A DNA stretch of 64,000 nt from Proteromonas lacertae (Eukaryota), in assembly GCA_002245135.1 (NCBI GenBank), contig NGBS01000881.1, positions 62,001 to 126,000 on the forward strand, in the 5' to 3' direction. Positions within the stretch are counted from its first letter, which is position 1; each line of letters opens with the position of its first letter. This document shows positions 25,801 to 38,611 of this stretch, piece after piece. The position numbers were made by a program, and so were the translations under genes. The notes below the pieces were generated by a model, which was not told the DNA's origin, did no database searches, and saw only the letters and a program-made list of their open reading frames with translations.

Positions 25801-28610
25801 TGAATGTAATGATATTCCATTAATACTAGAATCTTATTTCTCCACTGATTCTAATATTATTTCGTGGCAATTCTTAGATATTCATGGAGTAGCATTAATT
25901 AATAGAACTGTAGAAATGAGTGGAATTATTCAACAATATGGATATTGTTTACAATCAGGCGATTATAAACTTATAGTAAACTCAATAACAGGTGTTGCAT
26001 GGCATAGTACTTCATATGTTAAAGCAGTTGTTGGACCAATCACATTATTAATAGCAAATATGAATAAACAGAACCAGAAATTGACATTGACTGTTTCATT
26101 GAATTATTTAATTCATCCAACAGCAACATGGAGTTATACTGATAATAAACAAACATCAACCTCCTGGACAAACTCTAAATCATTATCTGGATGGTCAACA
26201 ATGGTTTCTGGAAGAGGAACTGATAGAACAGATATAACAAGATATTATAGAACAACAATGGAAATTACGAGAAGTATAGGCACTATTTCTGGAATTCAAG
26301 TCCAAATGGTATTTGATGCTGGTATGGTTTTATATTTAAATGGAAAAATGATACTCCAAAAGAATTTGCCAGAAGATGAAATAACTCCTGAAACTATGGG
26401 TAATAAAATATATGATTTAACAAAAACACCAAGTTATGCCATAGTTATTCCATCTGCCTATTTAGTAAATGGTATAAATTATATTGGTATTGAACTTCAT
26501 AAACATCAGTCATCAGTTAGTGCAGATCCATTTACAGCTGAAGCATCTTATGTTGAAAGTGCTGATAAATGTTCAAAGAGAACATTATCAACAATGAAAG
26601 CTTACACTAATGGAAGAGTATTTGAACCACTATTAAATTCAATCAGTGATGCACCATCAACTACAGGTAATAAATTTGCCAATATACAATCAAGCTACAC
26701 CAGCTACTAATTATTATGCATGGAATTACAGATCTGAATATATTAACAAAGCTATATTCATAACTAATGCATATAGTAGTAGTCGTGATCCAACAATATG
26801 GAGTGTATGGGGTGGAAAAGGTGAATATGTAAATGATGAATCATTTGAAGTATCATATAAATGGACTAAAGCATTTGATATGCCAAATTTCCCTGATGTT
26901 GGTTCAAATGTAGAATATGAAGCAGAATTCTTAAATGGAACAAGTGGTATTTATGATGCTTATAAAATAGTATATTCAGGATTGAGAACACCTAGTCAAG
27001 GTTTAATATCCTTCAACAGAATCTTTACTTACAGTTGTAGAGAAGCAACATGTCCTGAAGAAGGGGATTGGCCTGAAACAAGTGCTGGTCAGAATCTTGA
27101 TATTGATTGTTTAGCTGGTTATTCTGGAAATATGCAAAGATCATGTTTGACAAGTGGTATTTGGGGAGATGCCAATGTATCTCAATGTGTAGCATTAGAT
27201 TTACCATCCAGTTTAGATTATGGCAACAATAATATATTGTCCTATTATAAGAGTATAAAAAAGACAATAACACCAACAATTCCAGCTAATAGAGGAGCAG
27301 TTGGTTATATATCAAGTCCAACATTACCAGCTGGTTTAGCATTTGTAAATAAAACTGGTGCAGTAACAGGAACAGCTACAGTAACAAGAAAATTAATGAC
27401 TTACACAATAACTGCCACTGGCGCAAAAGGAACATCTAAAACATATACAATCCAATTAGAAGTAATTGCATCAACATGTAGTGCAGAAGATGGTTATCCA
27501 GCAACGAATGTAGGTGAAAGAGGTCAAAAAGCTTGTACTGAAGGTTATATGGGTTATTCATACAAAACATGTACAGTATCAGATTCTAAACCAGTTTGGG
27601 GAGAAGAAGATTTATCTGGTTGTAGACCATCACCTCCAATAATTACTTATCCAGCTAAAAAGAATACTTTATATATTGATAGAACATTTGATTTAACACC
27701 TAACATTAAATATAATGTGTTAGAATGGATTTTACCAGATTACCCTGCTTTACCAGCTGGTATTACATTCAGTGAAGGTAAATTCAGTGGAAGAGCAACA
27801 GAATTAATGAAAGAAACATTATATGTAGTTGGTGCAAGAAATCTTAATGGAGTTTATTACACTAATTTATATATCAAAGTGATATCCAATACATGTCCAC
27901 AAGATGGTGAATGGCCAGCCACATCTTATTCAATTAGCGCATATATATTATGTAAAGATGGTAAGACAGGTGTTCTTGAAAGACAATGTAGAGGTGATAG
28001 TTACTTAAATCCACAATGGCAAGCTGTAGATGATACAGATTGTAGAGAATATGTAGAAGATCCTCCATTAGTAAGTGGAAGAATAATCGCTAAGATAGAA
28101 ATCGATTATACAACAGGTGTATCTGGTCAAGCAGTTAATCCTCAAGCATTTGTGATAATTAGAAATCTATTAATAACTCATTTAAGAAATGCAGTTTCAT
28201 TTGATGTTGATAGAACGAATGTGAGATTAGATTGGGATACAAGTAATATGGATATGACATCAAATTTAGTAAGAACAGTTGCATTTATTACAGCTCCAAA
28301 GAATTATCGAAATACGATAATCTCAATTACATCGAATATCTTAAAATCTGATGCTTTTGAAAATGATTTACATTCTTCTTCATCTGATATGGCTTATTCC
28401 TCTGTTATTGTAAGACAAACTGATATTTATGAAGAACCACAAACTAGATCAGCTGCTAGTAAGACTGGAGAAGCAATTGGTATAGCATTTGGTGTAGTTA
28501 TTGGTACTTTGATTGTAATTGGTTTAGTTGGTTATGCAATAATCAACAGAAGAGAACTTGTTTCAAAGACATCTCACCAAGAAAGATCTTCATTAAAAGC
28601 AACTGATTAA
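22843..28610 (+). CDS. Giant type-I surface protein: signal peptide, He_PIG-type Ig repeats, 2 PA14-like domains, 3 Cys/Trp (HormR-like) repeats, C-terminal TM
   Basis: MKYIFIIAIWLS plus an intron; LPSGMIIHPTTGVIAGTPT-type repeats; WEGYLTVPTNGIWEFTLQCND; CPEEGDWPET..C..G...RSC...G.W; TM AIGIAFGVVIGTLIVIGLVGYAII; ORFs 22862 and 26646 joined by a +1 shift or a 28/37-nt intron from 26667. Confidence 0.8.
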
Positions 28611-28929
28611 ATGAAAACTTCTTTCATTATTATTGATTAATTACTCTGGCTATAAATATTTGCCATTGAGAGAAATATGTTTGTTGATTTGGGTCTTAAT
28701 TTATTCACACTCAATAAATTCTAAATTTCAAGATACAAAATGATATATAAAAACATATTACGCAGTTAAAGTAATTTACATTCCCAGCTTTTATTAATTA
28801 TGCTCAATCTTCAATATTATTTGTTAAAATATGCTTCATTGTATTTTAATTATAATATTAAAATATATTTTGATAAAAACATAGAAATTTACTTATTAAT
28901 TAAACTAATTAAATAATTATAAACGACAA

Positions 28930-30039
28930 TTATCTAGTCAAAGAATATATAGTATATATATCATCAGGAGACAGTTTATGAATTCCTAACACATCTTTAT
29001 ACCACTCCTTTTTAAAAGCAATTGGACTGAAATACAACCTTCCAACAAACTGTTTTAGTTTAATATCTTTTTCACTTGCAATTTCACCAAAATATGCATC
29101 TTCAACATGTAGAACTGGTTTTACACTTAAACTAGCTTCATAAACAGTTTTAACAACATCTATTGGAAATAAATACAAACATCCTGACAAATAAGGCTTG
29201 AAAAAGTCATTCCTAAATATAGATTTTGGTATTGCATTTTTATGTCTTAAATCTCTTATAACGTAATTATTAGGGAGTATATAACCAACAGCAGTATTTG
29301 TTTTGGCATGTTTTATATCTAAATCAATTATTCTGTTGATATTAACATACATATCATAATCACTTTTTACTACAAAAGAAACAGTTGAACAATACTTCAA
29401 TATCCAATCATATGATAACATTACAGTTATTACATTTGTTAAATAACTAGTTTCATGTGAAAATTGTATTATATCATGATATTTATTAAACTCTTCCTGT
29501 AAATACTTTTGTTGCGTTTTATTCTCTGGATTTTGACCCATAAAGAAAATTGTTTGAATAATATGATCTTTATGTTCTTTCATTCCTGCCCATGTCTTTC
29601 TAATTACATACCTATAATAAAACTGATCTGGAGACATGTGAAGTATTACTAATACAGTTGGATTATTATCACATACTCTTGTGGGATTAAGAATTGTAGA
29701 ATAATCACCAGGATAATTCACTTTTAATTGGGATATTTGATATGGCCTTGACATCATATATTCTGTGTATAAATCTGGCTTTGCTTGGAAACACTTGTCA
29801 GATTCACTTTGTTTTGTTTCAATGCATTCTTGAATAGTGAATTTTGCACTTTCAGACTTCAAGTCAAATCTCTGCTCTAGTACATCATAATTCATTACAA
29901 CAGGTTTAAACTGCTCATTTAGATTAACAGGAGGTTGGAAGTCATCATCTTCAATTTTTGGAGTAGTCTGTAGGGTTAAAATATTCAATATAGCAACACA
30001 CACTAATATCAACACGATAGAGAGAAAACAGATATTCAT
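28930..30039 (-). CDS. Beta-1,3-galactosyltransferase family (GT31) type II membrane protein
   Basis: N-terminal TM, RYVIRKTW, LQEEFNKYHDIIQ, FVVKSDYDMYVN, YLSGCLY, EDAYFG. Confidence 0.88.
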   Translation of the reverse strand: MNICFLSIVLILVCVAILNILTLQTTPKIEDDDFQPPVNLNEQFKPVVMNYDVLEQRFDLKSESAKFTIQECIETKQSESDKCFQAKPDLYTEYMMSRPYQISQLKVNYPGDYSTILNPTRVCDNNPTVLVILHMSPDQFYYRYVIRKTWAGMKEHKDHIIQTIFFMGQNPENKTQQKYLQEEFNKYHDIIQFSHETSYLTNVITVMLSYDWILKYCSTVSFVVKSDYDMYVNINRIIDLDIKHAKTNTAVGYILPNNYVIRDLRHKNAIPKSIFRNDFFKPYLSGCLYLFPIDVVKTVYEASLSVKPVLHVEDAYFGEIASEKDIKLKQFVGRLYFSPIAFKKEWYKDVLGIHKLSPDDIYTIYSLTR

Positions 30040-30409
30040 TTTCTAAAAAGTTTGAAGATAATTCAAACCTATTTAAAAAATGGACAAAATTATCATTCAA
30101 GAATGAATAAAATGATAAGCTTAAATCAAACACCAAAAATTAAAATATAAAAATAATTAAATTACTAATTTTAATACTAATCAATGTTATTTCTACCAAA
30201 AATTACCATTACTAACAGTGTACCAATAGGAATTATCAATAAATAAGAAGTATAACAGCTATAAATTATATTAATACAGTATATAGGTATATAAAATATA
30301 CTAAATCTGTGGAATGATAAATATGTTATAATGAAAAAAAATAATAATGAATATTTGTGACCAGAATAAAATCAATAAAATACCAGGAATAAGATCAAAA
30401 GCTGACTGT

Positions 30410-30880
30410 TCATAAGTAGAAACACTCTTTCTTACTGCTTTTGGCAATTTTGATGATTGTTTTTTCAAAAGTAGGTATAGTATTTAATTTTTCTTCATCT
30501 GATTTTGTATTAGCTTTCTTAATTGAAGATATTGAACTTCTTCTTACTCTTTGATGAAGAGGTGATGATGGTGTATCATTGTTATCACTATTATCGCCTT
30601 GATTTGCATCACTTTCAGATTCATCACTGCTTTCTACTGGTTTTTTCAAATGTATCGATTCTTGTGCTAATGTTTTAATTGGAGATTTCTGTAATATAGA
30701 TCTTCTCCTTGTAACACTACTTGACTCATCACTACTCACCTCATTCTGTTCATATATTGATTTTCTTCTTGCTATCTTTCTTTTTCTAATTTTATCTTCA
30801 TCACTTTGGCTTCTATCTCCTTCTGCACCGTCTGTATCGTTATTAACCTCAATGTTCTTCTCTTTTCTATTTTCATTCAT
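30410..30880 (-). CDS. Hypothetical S/R/E-rich protein, probably with a C-terminal membrane anchor in shifted frames (to about 30177)
   Basis: 156-aa ORF; the +1 frame after about 30468 continues ...SVSTYEQSAFDLIPGILLILFWSQIF. Confidence 0.5.
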   Translation of the reverse strand: MNENRKEKNIEVNNDTDGAEGDRSQSDEDKIRKRKIARRKSIYEQNEVSSDESSSVTRRRSILQKSPIKTLAQESIHLKKPVESSDESESDANQGDNSDNNDTPSSPLHQRVRRSSISSIKKANTKSDEEKLNTIPTFEKTIIKIAKSSKKECFYL

Positions 30881-30999
30881 TTTAATTTTTCAAACATGTT
30901 TGAAAGTATTTAAAACAAAAATAAAAAACATACATAAAGAATATAATACCTAAACATGTAATATATATCTAAACTAATTAAAAAATAAATAAAGCAACA

Positions 31000-32528
31000 T
31001 CACACATCAACTTCTGTATCATTCAATGTATGATTAATATCCTGAGATAAACATGATGAATTATTTTGAGTAGCAGAATATGATTCACCAGTTTTTGAAG
31101 AAGAAGGAACGGATCTACTACAACTTTGTAACGGAACAGGAGGAAGAGAAACTACTTGCCCTACCGAAAGTTTCTTCGAATTAATACTCACTTGTATTTT
31201 ATTCGTATATCTTTCTGTGTTCTTATTACATGAATCATCTGATTCTTCCGTTTTATTACTCTCAGTCATCTCTTGCTGTAAAGGAGAAGGGCTTCCTACA
31301 CTTCTTTTCCTATCATACTTAATATAATTATTAGCATGTTGTGTTAATGTATAATTATTATAATAAGTATTATTATTATTATCTTTGCCATTATTTATTT
31401 TATTAAAATTAAAATTGACATTTGGATTAGAAGTAACATTATTCATTACACTTTCCATCATTACCATTGTATGCAGTGTATCTGCGTTATTAGTATCTCT
31501 TGAAACAGAATGAGAAATTAGACTATTCTCATTATTAGTTGAAAACGTTGAAGTCTGTCTGTTGCTTTGATTAATTTTCAAAAATGACGAACCATCTGTA
31601 TGTGTAGATCCAATTCTTTTCAATCGAACAATTGAATTATGAAAAGCACTTCCATTTCTTACTACTTTTCTTCTTTTAAGATTTTTTTTATATACTTCTG
31701 ATATTAATGAATTGATTTCTTTCTGTGTTGAACCACTATAATCAAAATTATATGGATTTGGAATAATGTGAAAGAATATGGAAATGCGTTTGAGACATGG
31801 AAGTGGTGGATATGTTTCATGTAATGTATAATAAGTCAATATATCATTTCTATTCTTAAATCGAAAAAGAATTGATTCATAACGATCCTTTGAGATAATT
31901 TTATCTTTTATACTGTTTTGTAGTTCATGAAATTGAGTTGATAAACTTTTATGTGAGCTTATTATACTTACTAAATCATTTAAAGTAATACAATCAACAC
32001 TATTATATTTATATGTGAATATCTATACTTTTTAATATATGATTTAGCATGTTTCATACCAGCTTGTGGTAGTATGTTTGAGAAAAATGTCAAGCAATGT
32101 TTACTTGTTAATGGTCTATCTGCATCTAATCCAACTGAGGCTACGTAGACTATTTATTTTACATTATAAAAGAAATGTATACATTTTATCACTATAGTTA
32201 GTGGGAAGAACCCGTATATACAAATGATTTGGAAAAAATCATCAAAACATATATACTGTTCAATTGCTGCTGAGTGCTCGTTCAACTGGGCATGAGCATC
32301 TAATATATTATCGAAAATCTGATAGGCAATTTTATCAAACAATAACCTAGCTTTTGTCCTTGAAAGAGAAATATAACCTTGTGTATTATAATCATATATC
32401 CTTTTAATATAATCAACATCATCATGAGTCACTTTATAATATATCATATAAAATATACTAAGCATATACTCTGCCAATACTCTAGATTTCTGATTTATTA
32501 TATAACTTCTAGTGATATTAGTATTCAT
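31000..32528 (-). CDS. Hypothetical multi-exon protein, EF-hand-like N-terminal region and S/N-rich tail
   Basis: ORFs 32154-32528 and 31000-31839 separated by short AT-rich GT-AG introns; resembles the 34317-35650 gene in layout. Confidence 0.5.
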
Positions 32529-32693
32529 TTTACATTGTTAGAGAAATAAATTAAAAATTAAAAATGTTGTATAACGAAAAGTAATGAAACGGATCTAATT
32601 ATTTTATAAAAACAAAAAAAACACAAATAAATAATAGATAGATAGATATAGATTAGATAAATGGTACAATATTTTAAAAATAATATATATTAC

Positions 32694-34226
32694 CTAATAA
32701 TACCATTGAGCAGCAGTTCTACCATATTTTGGAGAAGTGTAGTGTGCAGCTGATTTACACCTCTGTTCAGCCAAACTCTCAATAGTAGCATACATATTAT
32801 CTTCTTTTGGTCCAAGTGGGAAAGGCTGTGTAGTTCCAAAATTCTGCCAATTACGATATGTTCTAACTTTTGCACTATTACCATTAGTATCACTCAAATT
32901 CATCTTAGGTGGTGGTATATAATCATTCAACTTCATAGTGGTAGTATAAGTAGGATTCAATATTCCATCTCCATGATTCAATCTCTTGAACGGATTCTTA
33001 GGATTAATAGTATAACCACTTGGAACTTGTATTTTCGTTCTATTGTTATGAACAGATGAACTTAATGAGGATATTAAGGTCTTGTTATAATTATATTCTT
33101 CTGGAAGCATTTCATCACTTGGTGGGTCTATTTTCTTCTTTTTAATATTTGTTTATGTAAATCTCTAGCATATCTTGCTTCCTGCATTTTCTTCTTTAAA
33201 TATTGTCTTGTTTGTTCTAATTCATAATCTTCTGAATCAAATTCTAATGTCTTCATCATATATTCCTGTTCATCTTTCTGTTTTATTTTGTTATTCAATT
33301 GTTGATCATGATATATCTTCATTGCTTCTTCTCTCACTTGTTTTGCCTTTTGTCTTTGTTTTAATTTTGTTTTTTCTTCATCTTTTAAGGATTCTAAATA
33401 TTGAGCTGTTAAATTCTGTCTTAAATGAGCGCATTCTGATGGTGTTAACTTTTTATTTCTTTCTTCTTTCTCTTTCATTTGTTTGAATAAATCAGCTTTA
33501 TATTCTTCTTTTGTACGTTTTTCTTTTTCCAGTTGTCTTATTAAATCATCGTGGTATAATTCTTCATCATAATGCATTATAGTATTCCATTTCTTCTCAT
33601 CTTCATCATATGCTCTGGAATGATGTGATGATTGATGAGGTGAATTAAAAGGTAATGAAGCTACACTACCACTATTGTGAGATTGAGGTGTATATCTTTG
33701 TTGTTGTTGTTGATAATGAGATGATGAAGATTCACTCTTCATTTCTGTCCTTTGTGGTGGATGTTCTTCGTATTTGGAATCTTGTTGTATTGTTCTTTGC
33801 TGTTGTTGTTGTGATGGTGTTTTACGTGGATTTTGTGATGCTATTGGTGAATTTCTTTGTTGCTGTAAACTTGATTTTCCTTGTCTTGACAAAATTCTAT
33901 ATCATTTCATAAATATAATAAGAATCAATACGGTGTTGATGCTGATCTACTAAAGAGTTGTGTACTATTATCATTGCCAACTTCTGGTTCTATATCATGT
34001 GTTTTATGATACCATTTCTGTAAACGATCGAATTTCTCTCTTGTCATGCCTGGTGGAGGTGTTTCCCTTATCGGTAAACGAGCTTTTGCTCTCCTAATAA
34101 TCTAAAAAAGAAAAAATACCTCAATCTTAAAGAATTTGGAGATAGTTCTTCTCCAGTTGATCCTAATAATGCAAATATATATTGAAATATACTTAATGAA
34201 CTGCCAAACTGACTATTGCTGTTCAT
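32694..34226 (-). CDS. Hypothetical Q-rich/coiled-coil protein, multi-exon, with frame break at about 33130
   Basis: ATG 34226, short introns, ORF 33128-33892 (coiled coil EYKADLFKQM...YARDLHKQI) continues in the -1 frame as IDPPSDEMLPEEYNYNK. Confidence 0.55.
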
Positions 34227-34316
34227 TTTCACTTAACGAAAGAATAAATAGTTTGGCTTGACTATAATAAAAACGAATATTTTTGACCTTTCACTATTTC
34301 ATTTAAATTAAAAATA

Positions 34317-35650
34317 ATGAAGCAGATGAAGAGGATTCCCACTACGCTAAGGTTAAAATTAGATGGTATTATGTTTTGAATGATGATTTTCATAGGAAAG
34401 AAAACTGATGCTCCTGATGAACAAATAATTGTATATAGAGCAGTTGCTATTTATCCATTAGAGAGAAGGTAAAAATAAGTATGATGCAGATCTACATAAA
34501 AAACCGCCTTTGTGTGGCTCAATACAGATACAACCGTATATTGAAATGGAAGGTTTGTCTCTAAGGATTGCTCAATTATATCATTGTATAAATATTAGTT
34601 ATATAGTTATAATTATAGTCAATTTTTGTGAAGTATATCAACTTCAAAGCCTTTTTCTAAGTTTGTGTGATGTGTATTTATATATAGTAGAATTATATTT
34701 TGTAGAGATAGTCATTGTACGGTAAGTTTAGAAGCGATTATGAATCATTATAAGTGTAAAAAACATCAAATAATCCTTTATAATTTATATCAAAAAGGTG
34801 GAATGAGTTGGAATGATTTTTTTATATCTACCTGTGCAATATGTTTGTTTAGTGAGGCAAAATTTGTGGATATTATTTTTTTTTGTTAGATTTGTCCATT
34901 GATGAATTTCACAAGGATGAGTTAAAGAAATTACTAGATACATTAGGAACATTTGAAATATTAACAAAATCAACAAAAGAACTAGTTGATGAGTTTGATA
35001 TTGACAAAGATGGCATATTATCACAAACTGATTTTACAGACATGATGGCTGCCTATCCTAAACTATTTGATCCAATAAAAAAGAGTAGAGAGTATATAAA
35101 GAAGCATACTTTAGGAAATGAGTGGGCAGTAATATATAGACGTTATGTACATATAAAAGAGATAAAAGATTATCGTAAGGAACACGACAATAAATTTCCA
35201 AATGATGACTGTTTGAATTGGTTTATAAGGACAGCATTTACTCATCAAGACAGTCCTGATAAATATGACTATGAAATGAGGCATGATGTAGGTAAAGGAA
35301 TAGTTAGTGAAATTCAACAGTATTTAGAGATGAAATTAAAGAAGAATAATCCAAATGACTTGAAGAAGCAATTAAAACATTGTAATACTAGTTTCTTAAA
35401 CACTCCTGATATAATGCAACATAAAGTATCTCAAAGTAGAAGTTATGCTTGTCCAAGTGGAAGAAGTAAGAATAGTTGTCCAATTCAATATAAACCAAGT
35501 ATGAGTAAAGGAAAAGAAGAAGAACATAGTCTCAAAAATAGTATGGGTAAAGATAGTGATAAAGCAAGTTCATTTGATCTGAGATTGAATAATAATAAGA
35601 GGACATTATTGCCTGGTGAAATTCCTGATAATGAAGAGCAATTAAAATAG
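34317..35650 (+). CDS. EF-hand calcium-binding protein, multi-exon
   Basis: Canonical EF loop DIDKDGILSQTDF; several short upstream exons. Confidence 0.6.
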
Positions 35651-36177
35651 AAAATGTATATTAATAAATTATTGTTTTGTAGTTGTTTTAATGATTTTTG
35701 ATTTTAGAGAAATTGTAACGACTTAAAATTTTGAAACAAAAATGTTTTTATCAAATTCCTTATTTGAAACCATAATATCCTCAATGCTACCATCCGATAT
35801 TGAAGTATTTATGTTATTTATTATTAATAGATTAAAAAAAGAGTTAATAGAAGTAACTATGAACTTGATTTGGCAATACAGGATAAAGGCGATTATAAAA
35901 TGCTTAAAATCATAGATATTGGGGATGTTTACGATAAGATTATTTTAATATATTGTGAGAATTACACTTTTTTATCAAAATGTTGTTCTTCATTAGTCTA
36001 TTCATCTAAAACGTTCAAGCTATATAGTAAATATATTTTAATTTCAAGGGAGTATTATGATAGTGATTTGAAAGAGATTCTTCAATATGATTTTATATCA
36101 ATAAGTGAGATTAATGTAGTATGCTCTTCATTGTGTAAAATTTTGTTTAAATTAAATGAATATGATATAGTTATAAG

Positions 36178-37263
36178 CAGGGTTGTATTTATCGGTTACC
36201 GACGGAGATAGGTCAAAACCTATAGGTTTTGTCTTGACAGTTAGTTGGTCAAGCCTTACAAGCTGTATATTATAAAATCTATTTTAATTCATTATATACT
36301 AATTTTCCCTTCATAAAAACTATCTTATAATATATTTTAATACTTGATTCATATATTTTCAATTCAATCAAATAATTTCTAACTTTTTATAAAGAATTAC
36401 AATTTAATACTCAACAATAATTAGGTATTTTATATAATTATGTTCTTATTTATTTCTACTAATCATTAGTTTCATTTGTAATCTATCACATGATAAATTT
36501 GATTTGGATAAGTTACTTATTTGTCCAGCCTCGGAAAATATTCTTTCTGGCTCTGAAGATGTTGCTAGACTGTTTAAACTGTTCTTGGCAAGTATGTATA
36601 CCCTAGGAAACTTGGACTTTAATGATAGCCAGATATTTCCAATGGTTTCAGAGGTGCTGTAATGAATATCATACTGCAAATATTCTTGTACTTCATTTGG
36701 CATAATTAATCTCTTTCTTTTTACTGCAAATGCATTTATCAAGGCTTTTTATCTTTAACATATTATACCAAAAGGTTTTGTAAAAGTTAAAATTAAGATG
36801 TTTAAGCATATTTGCCTCTATTAAGGCAATAACTTCACGAGCCGCTCCAATTGGTAAAACTATACTCCTAGAATATATAATGATAGATTATATTAGATAC
36901 ATTTATGATAATTTTAAGAAATGATTAATGTCAAGCTAAAAGTTTGCCATTTTTTCTTTCAAATTTTTATAATCATTCTATACTTTATATTACATATATA
37001 ACACAATAGAATAACTCATTGGTAAGGTTAGATTCAATTATGAAGAAAGAAAAAAGCGCATCGACGGACGGTTAATTCGGTATTTTATAGAATGATATAT
37101 AGAGCTTGAATTCAATATGTACAGTTAGATAATATTATTAATATTACATGTTTAGGAGGAGGTCAGCTAATAGTTACTACAGCCTGATGTCGGTCAACAT
37201 TTATTTATTGACCTACGACCGATCGGTTTTCTCCGTCGGTCATGACCGATTTATACAACCCTG
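36178..37263 (-). mobile_element. Non-autonomous (internally deleted) hAT DNA transposon, 1086 bp
   Basis: TIR CAGGGTTGTAT...ATACAACCCTG; 8-bp TSD GTTATAAG at 36170-36177 and 37264-37271; CG-rich subterminal motifs CCGACGGAGA/TCTCCGTCGG; contains a hATC remnant. Confidence 0.95.
36446..36742 (-). pseudogene. hAT transposase C-terminal dimerisation domain remnant
   Basis: W...KFPRVYILAK..L...ATSSEPERIFSEAGQI...KSNL matches the hATC consensus W....FP.L..LA...L..PATS...ER.FS. Confidence 0.9.
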
Positions 37264-38611
37264 GTTATAAGTAATTTAAAAAGTACCAATATATCATTTA
37301 CTGCATATGATGCTTATGAAAATATAAAAATATGTGATGTATTCTTGGATAATTTGAGAAAAGAAGATAATATGAGAATATATAACATATGCTTCAAAAG
37401 CCCAGAAGAGATGAATGGATCAGAATATGATGAAAGAAGTGTGATTTGGTCAATTGGTTGTATATTATTTGAAATGATGTATAATGAATTACCATTTAAT
37501 GAAGATAATGATATGATTAAAACAAAAGAAAATATTATGAAATGTAAATCAGTTTAGATGTGAAATGTGATGATATTATGAAAGAGATTATTGAAAAAAT
37601 GTTAAAAGTGAAGAGTAAAGATAGAATGAGTTTGAAAGAGTTGAATAATAAAATGATAAAAATGAGTGAAATGATTAAAGATAAAAATAATAATTTAATG
37701 ACAATAAATGAAAGAAAAGAATTGTTATTCAACAATGATTATCTAATAGAGATAGCTTCATTTAATGAAAAATCAGAATATTATCTTGAAAATAATAAAA
37801 GAGAAAGAATTAGAGATGATCTGATAGAATATTGCAATAATGATGAAATTGTACAAAAATGATGAATCAATTAAAGAAAAAATGAAATATCAATTGATTC
37901 ATCAATGTAAAAATCAAGGGAATTGTCATTTAGATGAAATAGTAATTAATGTTACAAATTTTACTCCTAATCAAAAAATCATCAGAATATGTTCAAGAAG
38001 TATATTTATTTGTGTTATTGGAATACATTATATCTTCAAAATATTTTAGCTGATTAATCCAACAATACTTGAAATAAGTATAACTATGTTCACTATAATT
38101 ATTATGTAGGTTATATACATATTAAAGATGATTGTCAATTCTTGTTTGGATCTTATTTTGATCAATTATCTAGACTTCAGCAACTATTTATTTGTGACTG
38201 TAGTCTTAATCATCGCTTTTATGAATCATTTATAAAATCCATCAAGTGTACTTCATTAAATTTTATTAAATTTAAAGGTATGTTAATAATATTCATTATT
38301 GTATTATGAAATAGACATACATATAGGCTCAAATGGTTTTAAACTATTACTTCCCTATTTACAATTATTAATTAATGAAAGTAATGAATTGATTCTAAGA
38401 GATTTAAATTCAGATGATAATGGTTTGATATACTTATCAAATATGATAAATGATTGTAAATACCTCAAGAAAATCTATCTGTCTGGTAATGAAGATATTA
38501 CTTCATATAGTTTAGAAATGATAACATCAAAATTGAAATCATTAAAAATAGAATTAAAAAAATGAATGAAGAAAAGAATAGAAAATAATACATATTCTTA
38601 TTAGAAATTTA

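Larger units (their letters stand above)
35742..38565 (+). pseudogene. Divergent (pseudo)kinase with C-terminal LRR-like region, disrupted by a hAT insertion and frame breaks
   Basis: Removing the element restores EYDIVISNLKSTNI (degenerate HRDLKxxN), KICD, SPEE...YDERSVIWSIGCILFEM...PF; LRR-like LKKIYLSGNEDIT; -1 break near 37547. Confidence 0.75.
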
